From an uncultured Acidobacteriaceae bacterium (GTDB lineage: Bacteria; Acidobacteriota; Terriglobia; Terriglobales; Acidobacteriaceae), in the NCBI GenBank assembly GCA_963696285.1, contig CAVOJP010000004.1:305578-369577 (forward strand): a stretch of DNA of 64,000 nt, in the 5' to 3' direction. The first letter of the stretch is position 1. Every line of letters begins with the position of its first letter. The notes beneath the pieces are model-generated. The model searched no databases and was not told the DNA's origin. It was given only the letters and a program-made list of their open reading frames with translations. Both the position numbers and the translations under genes were made by a program. This document shows, in pieces, positions 30,056 to 38,885 of the stretch.

Positions 30056-31312
30056 TCAGCGCGTGGAATGTGTTCGAACCGCGATGAACGAGACTTGCTC
30101 CAGCCCGGGGAAGTGACCTTCTTGATCGGCTTCGCGTTTGGTGGGCGCGATTTGCTGAACGGTGGTTCGCGCCGGCAGCGTAGCGCCAAAATATTGCGCG
30201 TACACATCGTCAAAGGCTTGCAGGTCAGACAAATCGTCCAGGTAAACATTTGTGGCTACAACCTGATTGAAATTCATGTCGGCTTCTTCAAGGTTGTCGA
30301 GGAGATTGCGCATCGTCTGCCGCAGCTGATGTTGCGTTGTAGACGCATAAATGCCGCCGTGCGCACCTGGAATGAAGCCGTCTTTGGCGGAACAATATAA
30401 AGTGTCGCCGGCAAAAACACAAGGACTGGCCGTCGGACTTGGCGGCATGTTCTTGGGACGAACCGCTTTTCTCTGCCGGAGGTCGCGAACTGCCACGCCG
30501 GTGTACTCGATGTGAGCGCCGCCGGGCAAACTCGATACTTCAATTGTGGCGCGCGCAGGAGTATTGCCAAACTCAAAGCGCCGTGCGTAACGCTCATTCA
30601 TCACCCGCCCTGGGATATCCGAAGTCAGGTAAGGATTGACGAAAACCATGTTGCTCAGTTCGAGACCGGCTGCTTTCACGACTGCCTGAACGCGGTCAAG
30701 CGCTAAGTCGACTTGCGCTGCGGGATCGTCTGGAATTTTTCCGTTCACAGGATCGCTACCAGACATGCTCGATACGAAGAGCCGATCCTGAGTAAGAATG
30801 CCGGGCGAAGCCGAATCGCCTTGATTGTAGTTTGGCGGATAGACCGCCCGCCGATCAGTTAGGCTGCGCACGGCGACCGCGCTAATCTCAATGGGCGGAT
30901 CCGGAATGCGAGCAACGCCCAGCACGGCACGAGCCGGCGGAGTTTTTGCGAAGTACTCCCCAAACGCTCGATTCATTTCGCCATACTTGCTGACGTCCTC
31001 GAGATAAACCTGGGTGTAGACAACGTGCTCCATGGTCAAACCGGCAGACTCGACAATTGCTTTAACGTTATCGAGAGCCTGGCGGACTTGAGCATCAAAA
31101 GTCGTTGGTAAACTTCCGTCGGAACGGCGCGGTCCTTGACCCGAGATGTAAACGTAGTCTCCTGCGTCCACACCTGGCGAGTAGAAACGATTCACGCGAG
31201 CCGAAGTCGCCGCAGGAACGACGGCCCGAACCTGCCCCTCTGCTACGAGCGCTGGCGAAAGCATAAAAATAATCAATAGAAACCGCAATTGGACTATCTG
31301 ATTTCTTCGCAA
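30056..31312 (-). CDS. secreted protein made of three tandem RidA/YjgF-like domains
   Basis: Signal peptide. Three roughly 125-aa repeats, each with a YxSGQ-like segment (VYISGQGP / LFVSSMSGSDP / LYCSAKDG) and a PAR motif (PARAVLGV / PARATIEV / PARTTVQQ). Confidence 0.8.
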   Translation of the reverse strand: MRRNQIVQLRFLLIIFMLSPALVAEGQVRAVVPAATSARVNRFYSPGVDAGDYVYISGQGPRRSDGSLPTTFDAQVRQALDNVKAIVESAGLTMEHVVYTQVYLEDVSKYGEMNRAFGEYFAKTPPARAVLGVARIPDPPIEISAVAVRSLTDRRAVYPPNYNQGDSASPGILTQDRLFVSSMSGSDPVNGKIPDDPAAQVDLALDRVQAVVKAAGLELSNMVFVNPYLTSDIPGRVMNERYARRFEFGNTPARATIEVSSLPGGAHIEYTGVAVRDLRQRKAVRPKNMPPSPTASPCVFAGDTLYCSAKDGFIPGAHGGIYASTTQHQLRQTMRNLLDNLEEADMNFNQVVATNVYLDDLSDLQAFDDVYAQYFGATLPARTTVQQIAPTKREADQEGHFPGLEQVSFIAVRTHSTR

Positions 31313-31330
31313 GTAAATTTCCTTCCAGCT

Positions 31331-32614
31331 CTAAGCGGCAGATTTTTTCTGGGCCGCGCGCAGAACTGCGCGCAATCTTTGTCCCACAATGATTTCCTCA
31401 CCCGGCTTGATAGTCATCGAAATCAGTTCGATGTGGTCGGGTTCCTTGCGCTCTTTCCGGTTCGGGTTACCCTCGCGCACCGCTGTCACCAGGCTGGGAT
31501 TATCCGGTCCCAGCACTTCGATGACCGGATCACCCGCACGCAGTTCCTGAACGCAATCGATAATGCTGAATCCCCACGCATGCGTATCCCAGGAGACCCT
31601 GAGCGTTGGATAGCGGTTCCCATCGTCGGGAATATAGATGTCGGTTTTTACGCCGGGCACTGTGTCCACCAACTTCCGGATTCGATCCACCCGGCCATTC
31701 CATTCGGCGTAGAGTTTTTTCTCGTCCATCTTCAGCCAGGTCTCAAGCGATACAAGGCAACCAATAATTTCTTCTTTGCCAACTTTCATCGGACGGCAAA
31801 TGGCTCCCTCCCGCGGATTGCAATTCATGAGCGCGGATTCGATCAGGTCTTTTCGTCCCAGAAGCAAACCGCTGCACTGCGGCCCGGACAGCCCCTTTCC
31901 ACCCGAAAAGCAGTAAAGGTCGATGCCCATCTTCGCGTAAAGCTTGGCGTTGTCGGCGGGTGGTATGCCTGCGGCGTCATCCAGCAGGAGAGGAATTTTA
32001 TGGGCCTTCGCAATCGCGACTTCTTGCCGCAGTTTTTCACCCAGATCGGTGGTGTAGATCATCGCGGTATTTTCGTTGATCGCGTTGGCGAGTTCGTCGG
32101 AGGAATATACGAGAACCAGTTTGGCGCCGGTAAGCCGGATGGCACTATCGAAGGCGCTTCGGCCGCCCACCATGATCACTTCGTGCTTCAGCCCGGTGGT
32201 ATCGGGCAGTTGCCAAATATATTTATCGTCGCTGCCGGCCATGCATGCGGCGGTCGCCGCCGACATTGCGCCCGCTGAGCCTGAAGTGACGATGCCAGAT
32301 TCTGCTCCCGTCAATTCTGCCAAACGCCGCCCCACCCCACGCTGCAGATCGAACATGTTCACGAAGTAACGGGACGCTTCCAACTGCGCCTGCCGAACTT
32401 CGGGAAATTCAAGCGATCCACTCAGATAAGTCCAGGTCCCGCGGCAGTTGATGACTGTCTTTACTCCCAGCTGGGTATATACATTCTGCCGAGGATCCTT
32501 GCCCATGGCGGTGGCCGCTTGCGCGTAGAGTTCACGAGCGCCAATCTGGGTGAGCAGTGGCGCGGCCGCCAATAGCTTAACGAATGATCGCCGGCTGGAA
32601 TTCTGGATATGCAT
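31331..32614 (-). CDS. Tat-exported SelA/DgaE-like PLP-dependent enzyme
   Basis: Twin-arginine signal SRRSFVKLLAAAPLL. PLP-lysine region CFSGGKGLSGPQCSGLLLGRKDLI resembles SelA FSGDKLLGGPQAG. Confidence 0.75.
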   Translation of the reverse strand: MHIQNSSRRSFVKLLAAAPLLTQIGARELYAQAATAMGKDPRQNVYTQLGVKTVINCRGTWTYLSGSLEFPEVRQAQLEASRYFVNMFDLQRGVGRRLAELTGAESGIVTSGSAGAMSAATAACMAGSDDKYIWQLPDTTGLKHEVIMVGGRSAFDSAIRLTGAKLVLVYSSDELANAINENTAMIYTTDLGEKLRQEVAIAKAHKIPLLLDDAAGIPPADNAKLYAKMGIDLYCFSGGKGLSGPQCSGLLLGRKDLIESALMNCNPREGAICRPMKVGKEEIIGCLVSLETWLKMDEKKLYAEWNGRVDRIRKLVDTVPGVKTDIYIPDDGNRYPTLRVSWDTHAWGFSIIDCVQELRAGDPVIEVLGPDNPSLVTAVREGNPNRKERKEPDHIELISMTIKPGEEIIVGQRLRAVLRAAQKKSAA

Positions 32615-32705
32615 TAAGAAATCTCCTCATTAACCGTTTGCAAAAAATGCGCAGATGACTCCGCGCGAATATTCGTGATGTTGGAACAAGCTAAAAATTG
32701 GCAAT

Positions 32706-33584
32706 TTAATCCTCATCTTCGGGCAGCGGAATCTTCGACCGCACCGCCAGGATGAACGCCTTGGCTCCCGGTTTATTCTGGTTGTAGAACCCCACCGTGC
32801 AGTTGGGGCGAAAGTAGTACGCGTCTCCAGCTTTGGCTGGATAGCGCCCTGCAATGCCATCCATTCCACTACCAGCTACCATTTCGCCGTCCCCGTCAAG
32901 GACGAGATAAATTTCTTCCGCGGTTTCATGATGGTGCGGAAAATTTGTGCCGCCCGGCGCAAAGTTCATCCAGAAAAAACTGGTCACAACATACGCATCA
33001 TCGATGGCGTCGCGCTTGCCATTCCGTGGACCGAGGAGAAGCTTGTACAAAACCGATGTGGGATGACCTTCAACCGTCTCTTCCTTCACGTTATCAAGAT
33101 TCACAATCTTGGGCTGGGGCGATGGCGCGTTGATTGGAATTCTCGCAGGCACTTTGAAACTCATCACTAAAACTTGCGCCGGTTGATCGGAGCTATTCGC
33201 AATCGAGTGCTTCAGGCCCGGAGCCAGGTAGGTGAAATCATTCGGGCGCATCGCATACGTTTGATTGCCATAGTGGAGATCGGTTTTGCCTTGCAGAACG
33301 AAATAGATCTCTTCTACACGATCGTAGAGCACAGTCTGGCAACTCCCGTGGGCATCGAGCGTGACTTCAGCGAAACGGTCAACACTCTGCAATGTTCGAT
33401 CGTCCGCATCGCCTTTTCCGAAAATTGCTTTAAAGTGGCAAGTAGGGGATGCAAGATCAGCTCTTGTTTCGTTCAATTGCGGAACGTAACGATGCAACCA
33501 CGTAGGATCGATTTTCCGGTCGATTTTCCGGTCCTGGGCTAGCAAATTGAGCGAGAGCAACAGGAATACCAGCAGAGTCTTCAA
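32706..33584 (-). CDS. secreted bicupin protein
   Basis: Sec signal (LLLSLNLLAQD). C-terminal cupin metal motif FPHHHETAEEIYLVLDGDG. The N-terminal cupin half is degenerate. Confidence 0.75.
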   Translation of the reverse strand: MKTLLVFLLLSLNLLAQDRKIDRKIDPTWLHRYVPQLNETRADLASPTCHFKAIFGKGDADDRTLQSVDRFAEVTLDAHGSCQTVLYDRVEEIYFVLQGKTDLHYGNQTYAMRPNDFTYLAPGLKHSIANSSDQPAQVLVMSFKVPARIPINAPSPQPKIVNLDNVKEETVEGHPTSVLYKLLLGPRNGKRDAIDDAYVVTSFFWMNFAPGGTNFPHHHETAEEIYLVLDGDGEMVAGSGMDGIAGRYPAKAGDAYYFRPNCTVGFYNQNKPGAKAFILAVRSKIPLPEDED

Positions 33585-33644
33585 CTTTGTTCCCAGAGAG
33601 GCGTACTCATTTTATTTTCCCCCTCGGTATATCACAGAATTCGC

Positions 33645-33700
33645 TTGACGCAAATCGAAATATTTCGTTTGATTGCATTTTGTTTCGTTTTGTTGACGCA
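33645..33700. promoter_or_regulatory. Divergent promoter region with duplicated TTGACGCA boxes and a CGAAATATTTCG palindrome
   Basis: TTGACGCA at 33645-33652 and 33693-33700. Near-perfect 21-bp palindrome caaatcgaaatatttcgtttg at 33651-33671. Lies between the cupin operon and the 33767 operon. Confidence 0.45.
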
Positions 33701-33766
33701 GCCCCAGGTTTCAAAAACTGCGTGCATGCTACTCTCATCTCCGGCGCTTTCTGAAAAGGTGCACTT

Positions 33767-35170
33767 ATGACAACGCAATTCCCATTGGCGAGTCGTATGC
33801 GACGACGAGCGGTGGTTTTTCTCGCGGTCTCCTGCGGCTTGTCAGCGGCCGCTCAGACTGCGAGTCAAGCAACTTCCCCAGCCCCTGCGGGCTGCCGCGT
33901 CGAAGCCGTCGACTATAAGGGGTGGAGTGCAGAGCAAATTTCCAATCGCTGGATACAGTTGACCCTGGTGCCGCAAAATGGTGGCCGGTTAATGCAGGTG
34001 AATTTCGCGGGGCATCCCTTCCTGTTCGTAAATCCAAAACTTGCAGGGACGCACAAGCCGCCAACTCTGGGTCAGTGGTTCAACTACGGAGGCGACAAGC
34101 TGTGGCTCCTGCCCGAGGGGAATGACGACGAACAACATTGGGTAGGCGACTCCGATCTGTTGGACGACGGCCCTTTCGCGTTTCGAAAGCTTTCAGAAGG
34201 TCAGCAGTGCGAAATAGAACTTACCGGCCCGGCCGACCCTCAGACCGGGATCCAGTTTCTGCGCACAATTCACCTAGATGAGGACTCTCCGCGTATTCGC
34301 TTTCACGCGTCCATGAAGAATGTGAGCGGGCATACCGTGGAATGGTCGATGCAATCGGTTTCGCAGTACAGCACCGCCGATCCATCCTCGACCTCCGGCT
34401 TCAACCACGATTTCTGGACCTTCACTCCAGTGAACCCGTCCAGCAGTTATCTGAACCGCTATCATGTCCGCTTCGGTCCGGCGCAGAATTCCGCCGTGTC
34501 GGTGAGAAACGACGGATTCTTCGCGGTGCATTACGTGCACATGGCGGCTGAGTTGTGGTTGGACTCGACAGAAGGCTGGCTGGCAGTAGTCGATGGCGGC
34601 AGTAAGTATGCCATGGTGGAACGGTTTCAGTTCGACGAAAGCAAATCCTATCCCGGCAAGGCTTCTGTCATCTTCTGGACGAACGGACCGGAAATGCGGT
34701 TGAGTGCTGACGGAATTCCTTCCCTCAGCGACGACCCGGATGCATCCCCTTACTATCTTGAAGCGGAGCTTAACAGTCCGATGTGCCGTTTGCGGCCGGG
34801 AGACTCTTGTGATTTCGACACGGAATGGTTTCCGACGCGGGCCGGAAAAGAATTTCACGGAGTGAAAGACGCTGGCATCGTGATACGCCCGCTGCAAAGC
34901 GTTCATCTCGACAACGGGAAGATCCGGCTTTCCGGTTCGTTTGGAGTTTTCGCCGCCGGGCATCTCGTGGCTCACTTCTACGACGAACATGGTTCGAGTC
35001 TCGGAACTATGGCAATTGCGACCGTCACTCCCGCCGAACCGGTGCAGCTTGAGGCAGAAGTTGCCGCGCCTGGAAAACCCGCGCGAGTCTCCCTTCACCT
35101 GGAAGATGACCACGGGGTGGACTGGGGTTCGCTTCAGGAAATCCAAGTGAGTAGTGCCGACAATCGCTGA
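33767..35170 (+). CDS. secreted hypothetical protein (possibly DUF4380 / mutarotase-like)
   Basis: Signal peptide. GGRLMQVNF...WFNYGGDKLWLLPEG segment. The stop is followed after 1 nt by the next ATG. Confidence 0.6.
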   Translation: MTTQFPLASRMRRRAVVFLAVSCGLSAAAQTASQATSPAPAGCRVEAVDYKGWSAEQISNRWIQLTLVPQNGGRLMQVNFAGHPFLFVNPKLAGTHKPPTLGQWFNYGGDKLWLLPEGNDDEQHWVGDSDLLDDGPFAFRKLSEGQQCEIELTGPADPQTGIQFLRTIHLDEDSPRIRFHASMKNVSGHTVEWSMQSVSQYSTADPSSTSGFNHDFWTFTPVNPSSSYLNRYHVRFGPAQNSAVSVRNDGFFAVHYVHMAAELWLDSTEGWLAVVDGGSKYAMVERFQFDESKSYPGKASVIFWTNGPEMRLSADGIPSLSDDPDASPYYLEAELNSPMCRLRPGDSCDFDTEWFPTRAGKEFHGVKDAGIVIRPLQSVHLDNGKIRLSGSFGVFAAGHLVAHFYDEHGSSLGTMAIATVTPAEPVQLEAEVAAPGKPARVSLHLEDDHGVDWGSLQEIQVSSADNR

Positions 35171-35171
35171 C

Positions 35172-36815
35172 ATGAAACGGCCCGCGGGAGCGCTCATTCT
35201 CTTATTGCTGGCGGCGCTCTGTGCTGGAGTGCCTGCGGCCGGGCAGCAGCAGACGCAATCTCCTATCGCTGCTGTCGCGGATGTGAACGCGCAGGATCTT
35301 CTGGCGCGGCCGGTGGGAGCGAACTGGACCTCTTATAACGGCGATTACACCGGGCGCCGCTATAGCAATCTGCGTGAAATCAACGTTGCAAACGCGGCAC
35401 AACTTCGTGCAGCGTGGGTGTTTCATCCCGGCAACTCCCAGAATCTGGAGGTCACTCCTGTAGTGGCCGACGGAGTGATGTACATAACTTCGGCCAATGA
35501 TGTATTCGCCCTGGACGCGCGAACCGGACGGATGGTGTGGCACTACCAAAGGCCGCTGAGCTCGGGGCTGCTCGACGACGCTGCGGCTCACAAAAATCGC
35601 GGCGTGGCGCTGTGGCAGCATTTTGTTTACGTGGAAACCGACGATGCCCACTTGCTTTGTCTCGATGCCCGTTCCGGGGGGTTGCGATGGGATATTGAAT
35701 ATGCTGATAAAACCAAACACTACGGCGCGACCAGCGCCCCGCTCGTGGTGAAAGGAACAGTAATCGTTGGTACCTCTGGCGGTGACTCCGGGGTGCGAGG
35801 ATTTTTAGCTGCCTACGATGCTGAGACCGGAAAGCTGAAGTGGCGCTTCTGGACAATTCCCGGTCCCGGTGAATTCGGCTCCTCAAGTTGGCCCGGAGAC
35901 GCCTATCTCCACGGCGGCGGCACCACCTGGATGCCGGGCACCTATGATCCGGAACTCAACACTCTGTATTGGACAACCAGCAATCCTGCACCTGACTTTG
36001 TGGGAGATTCCCGCCCCGGCGATGACCTCTATACGGATTGCGTTCTTGCGCTCAATCCAGATACGGGCGAGTTGAAATGGTACTTCCAGTTCACACCTCA
36101 CGATCTCTTTGACTACGACGCGAATGAAACTCCTGTGCTGGCAGATGTAGAGCAGGGCGGCGGTACGGTCCAGCGATTGCTCATTCAGGCGAACCGCAAT
36201 GGCTTTTTCTATCTGCTCGACCGGGTCACCGGCAAATTCATCCAAGCCACTCCGTATGTGGAGAAATTGAATTGGGCCAAGGCCATCGATAAGTCCGGCC
36301 GGCCCGTTGTCTCTGGCCTAATCCCGACCGCGGAAGGCGCTCTTATCTGTCCTGGCATCAATGGAGCCACGAATTGGTTTTCGCCTTCTTACAATCCCGA
36401 GACGAAGTTGTTCTTTGTAATGGCTCTCGAAACTTGCAATCAATATTTCGCAAATCCGAAGCCGTTTGCACAAGGACAGACATACTACGGCACAGGCACG
36501 AAGCTTCCGCCCGATGAGCATGCGCAGAAAATTCTGCTGGCACTTTCCGTCGCGGATGGAAAGCCGGTGTGGCGTTATCCGCAAATAGGCCAGGGACGAT
36601 CGTGGGGTGGAACATTAATCACCGCCGGTGGATTGGTATTTTTTGGAGATGACAGCGGATCGCTTGAAGCAGTGGATGCCGCGACTGGGCGCGCTCTCTG
36701 GCATTTCAATACGGGCCAGGAAATGCGGGCTTCTCCGATGACCTATGCAGTGGACGGAGTTCAATACGTGGCAGTCGCAGCGGGCAGCGACATTTTTAGC
36801 TTCGTGCTGCCTTGA
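35172..36815 (+). CDS. PQQ-dependent dehydrogenase, methanol/ethanol family homologue
   Basis: Signal peptide. Propeller W-motifs. NRGVALW, GTSGGDSGVRGFLAAYD and HDLFDYDANE segments align to quinoprotein alcohol dehydrogenases. Confidence 0.85.
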   Translation: MKRPAGALILLLLAALCAGVPAAGQQQTQSPIAAVADVNAQDLLARPVGANWTSYNGDYTGRRYSNLREINVANAAQLRAAWVFHPGNSQNLEVTPVVADGVMYITSANDVFALDARTGRMVWHYQRPLSSGLLDDAAAHKNRGVALWQHFVYVETDDAHLLCLDARSGGLRWDIEYADKTKHYGATSAPLVVKGTVIVGTSGGDSGVRGFLAAYDAETGKLKWRFWTIPGPGEFGSSSWPGDAYLHGGGTTWMPGTYDPELNTLYWTTSNPAPDFVGDSRPGDDLYTDCVLALNPDTGELKWYFQFTPHDLFDYDANETPVLADVEQGGGTVQRLLIQANRNGFFYLLDRVTGKFIQATPYVEKLNWAKAIDKSGRPVVSGLIPTAEGALICPGINGATNWFSPSYNPETKLFFVMALETCNQYFANPKPFAQGQTYYGTGTKLPPDEHAQKILLALSVADGKPVWRYPQIGQGRSWGGTLITAGGLVFFGDDSGSLEAVDAATGRALWHFNTGQEMRASPMTYAVDGVQYVAVAAGSDIFSFVLP

Positions 36816-36895
36816 GAAATGCGTTACAGAACCGGGCCCGTAAAGTTTTATGAGGCCAGTCGACAATATTCTGATCTAACTCTTCGAGGCACGCC

Positions 36896-38035
36896 ATGAG
36901 ATTGAAACCCTTCCTGCTCGACATGTGGCTCGACACTTACGAGCACGATGTCGAATTCAACCTGGCGGCGAGCGAAGGACCTCGCTGGACCCTGAATGAG
37001 ATCTTAGAACTCGCCGGTGAGGAGGAGCGAGAGCGCTTCCTGAATCACAAGTTGCGCTACAGTCGCCCGGCGGGCGCTGAGGGGTTACGCGCAGCAATCG
37101 CCGAAATGCAGGATGTGGATGTCGAAACTGTCCAGGTCGTAACCGGCGCCTCTGAGGCGCTGCTCATTCTATTCTGGCTGGCCGCTGAGCCTCGAGCCAA
37201 CGTCGTCCTGCCTCAACCTGGCTATCCGCCATTTTCCGCTTTGCCCGAATCGCTTGGGATCGAGATTCGCAGCTACGCGGTTCGCAAGGAGAACGACTTC
37301 CGCTTCGATCTCGATGAGATCAAGCAACTGGTGGATCGAAATACCAAGCTGGTCCTGATCAACAGCCCGCACAATCCTACTGGCGCAACCATCAGCGACG
37401 CGGAACTCGGCGATTTGCACGAGTTTACTGCGTCTCGCGAAATTCAACTTGTCAGCGATGAGGTCTACCACCCGATCTATCATCCAGTGAACGGCGGACA
37501 GGCGGCAAGATCCGCCTCCCGTTTGCCGCATGCGACGGTCATCCATGATTTCTCGAAAGCTTTCCCGTTATCCGGGGTGCGGACCGGTTGGATGATCGAG
37601 CACGATGCCAAGCGCCGCGAGCGCTACTGGAATGCGCGTACGATTTTTTCCATTTCGAATAATACCGCCGGAGAAATGCTGGCGGAGATTGCGATGCGCC
37701 ACCGGAACATCGTTCTCGGGAAAACGCAGGAGACCGCAACTCGAAATCTTCGGCAGCTTGCTTCTTTCATGTCCGAACATCGCGAGACGGTTGGCTGGAT
37801 TCCTCCTCGTGGCGGAGTGACCGCTTTTCCATGGCTCATCAGTGGAGAGAACAGCCGCGCTTTTTGCCAGGCGGCTGCGGAACAGGGCATCCTGCTCGCC
37901 CCCGGAGATTGCTGGGATGCGCCCGCGCATTTTCGCCTTGGGTTCGCGGCGATAACCGACAGATTTCCCGACGCGCTGAACCGGCTGGGAGAATTTGTTG
38001 GGAGTTGGTCAGCCGCGAACGTCACAAAGGCATAG
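36896..38035 (+). CDS. class I/II PLP-dependent aminotransferase
   Basis: 379 aa. NSPHNPTG. PLP lysine in DFSKAFPLSGVRTGW. Confidence 0.85.
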   Translation: MRLKPFLLDMWLDTYEHDVEFNLAASEGPRWTLNEILELAGEEERERFLNHKLRYSRPAGAEGLRAAIAEMQDVDVETVQVVTGASEALLILFWLAAEPRANVVLPQPGYPPFSALPESLGIEIRSYAVRKENDFRFDLDEIKQLVDRNTKLVLINSPHNPTGATISDAELGDLHEFTASREIQLVSDEVYHPIYHPVNGGQAARSASRLPHATVIHDFSKAFPLSGVRTGWMIEHDAKRRERYWNARTIFSISNNTAGEMLAEIAMRHRNIVLGKTQETATRNLRQLASFMSEHRETVGWIPPRGGVTAFPWLISGENSRAFCQAAAEQGILLAPGDCWDAPAHFRLGFAAITDRFPDALNRLGEFVGSWSAANVTKA

Positions 38036-38096
38036 CGAAATCGAAGTTCGCAGCTTCGGTGTTCGCAATCTGCGGAACCCATGATACGATTCGCGT

Positions 38097-38885
38097 GTGA
38101 GCGATTCCGCTTGCATTCCAGGTGCTGCATCGGATCTCCCATCGACCGTCGCGACTACGATGGTGACTTCGCGCCACTCTGCGCTCGTCCGTGTGACTCA
38201 CTGGATTACCACCCTATGCTTCTTTGCCCTGCTCGTCAGCGGAGTTGAAATTGTAATTTCTCACCCGCGATTCTATTGGGGCGAGACGGGCAACGATTTG
38301 ACTACACCATTGTTTAAACTGCCGATCCCGGCCTCCAGAGCCTTGGTGCCCACCGGCTACGGATACGTGTTGCCCGACCAGAATGGCTGGAGCCGGTATC
38401 TCCACTTTCAAGCGGCATGGGTCGTGCTGTTGACCGGATTGTTGTATCTAATCTCCGGGTGGTTTACCGGGCACTTCGCGAAAACTTTGTTCCCGCAACG
38501 GACCGATCTTTCGTGGCGCGCGTTCTCGAGGGCAATCGCTGACCGTTTGCACTTCAAGCGGGCTGGTGAGGAGGAAGTCTGGTCCTATAACCTGCTGCAG
38601 CGGCTTACCTACTTGTTCGTAATCTTCGTTCTGTTTCCCTTGGTGATCTGGACGGGCCTGGCCATGTCTCCCGCGTTTGTTTCCGCGTTTCCGGCGGCCG
38701 TCAATCTGTTGGGTGGACAACAATCCGCGCGCACGCTTCACTTCTTCGTCTCGCTGGCGCTTGTAGTTTTTCTGCTGGTTCACATTATGATGGTTTGGCT
38801 TGCTGGATTTCGCAGCCGCGTACGAGCGATGATCTCTGGCCGAGTTGATACAGGCCGCGCTCGTACAGATATGGAGCGAAGATGA
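38097..38885 (+). CDS. membrane cytochrome b (b561 / Ni-Fe hydrogenase b-subunit-like)
   Basis: RVTHWITTLCFFALL His motif and four TM helices. GTG 38097 or ATG 38160 as start. Confidence 0.75.
   Translation: MSDSACIPGAASDLPSTVATTMVTSRHSALVRVTHWITTLCFFALLVSGVEIVISHPRFYWGETGNDLTTPLFKLPIPASRALVPTGYGYVLPDQNGWSRYLHFQAAWVVLLTGLLYLISGWFTGHFAKTLFPQRTDLSWRAFSRAIADRLHFKRAGEEEVWSYNLLQRLTYLFVIFVLFPLVIWTGLAMSPAFVSAFPAAVNLLGGQQSARTLHFFVSLALVVFLLVHIMMVWLAGFRSRVRAMISGRVDTGRARTDMERR

Noticed and set aside
31289-32278. Long antisense ORFs opposite well-supported genes. Examples: 31289-32278, 15627-16499, 34274-35197, 50295-51065, 55710-56522, 20408-21037, 22172-22858, 63484-63927.
   Set aside because: Each lies fully inside a gene with clear family motifs on the other strand. 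Their translations are Arg/Gly/Pro-rich with no recognisable motifs. These are typical shadow ORFs of GC-rich DNA.
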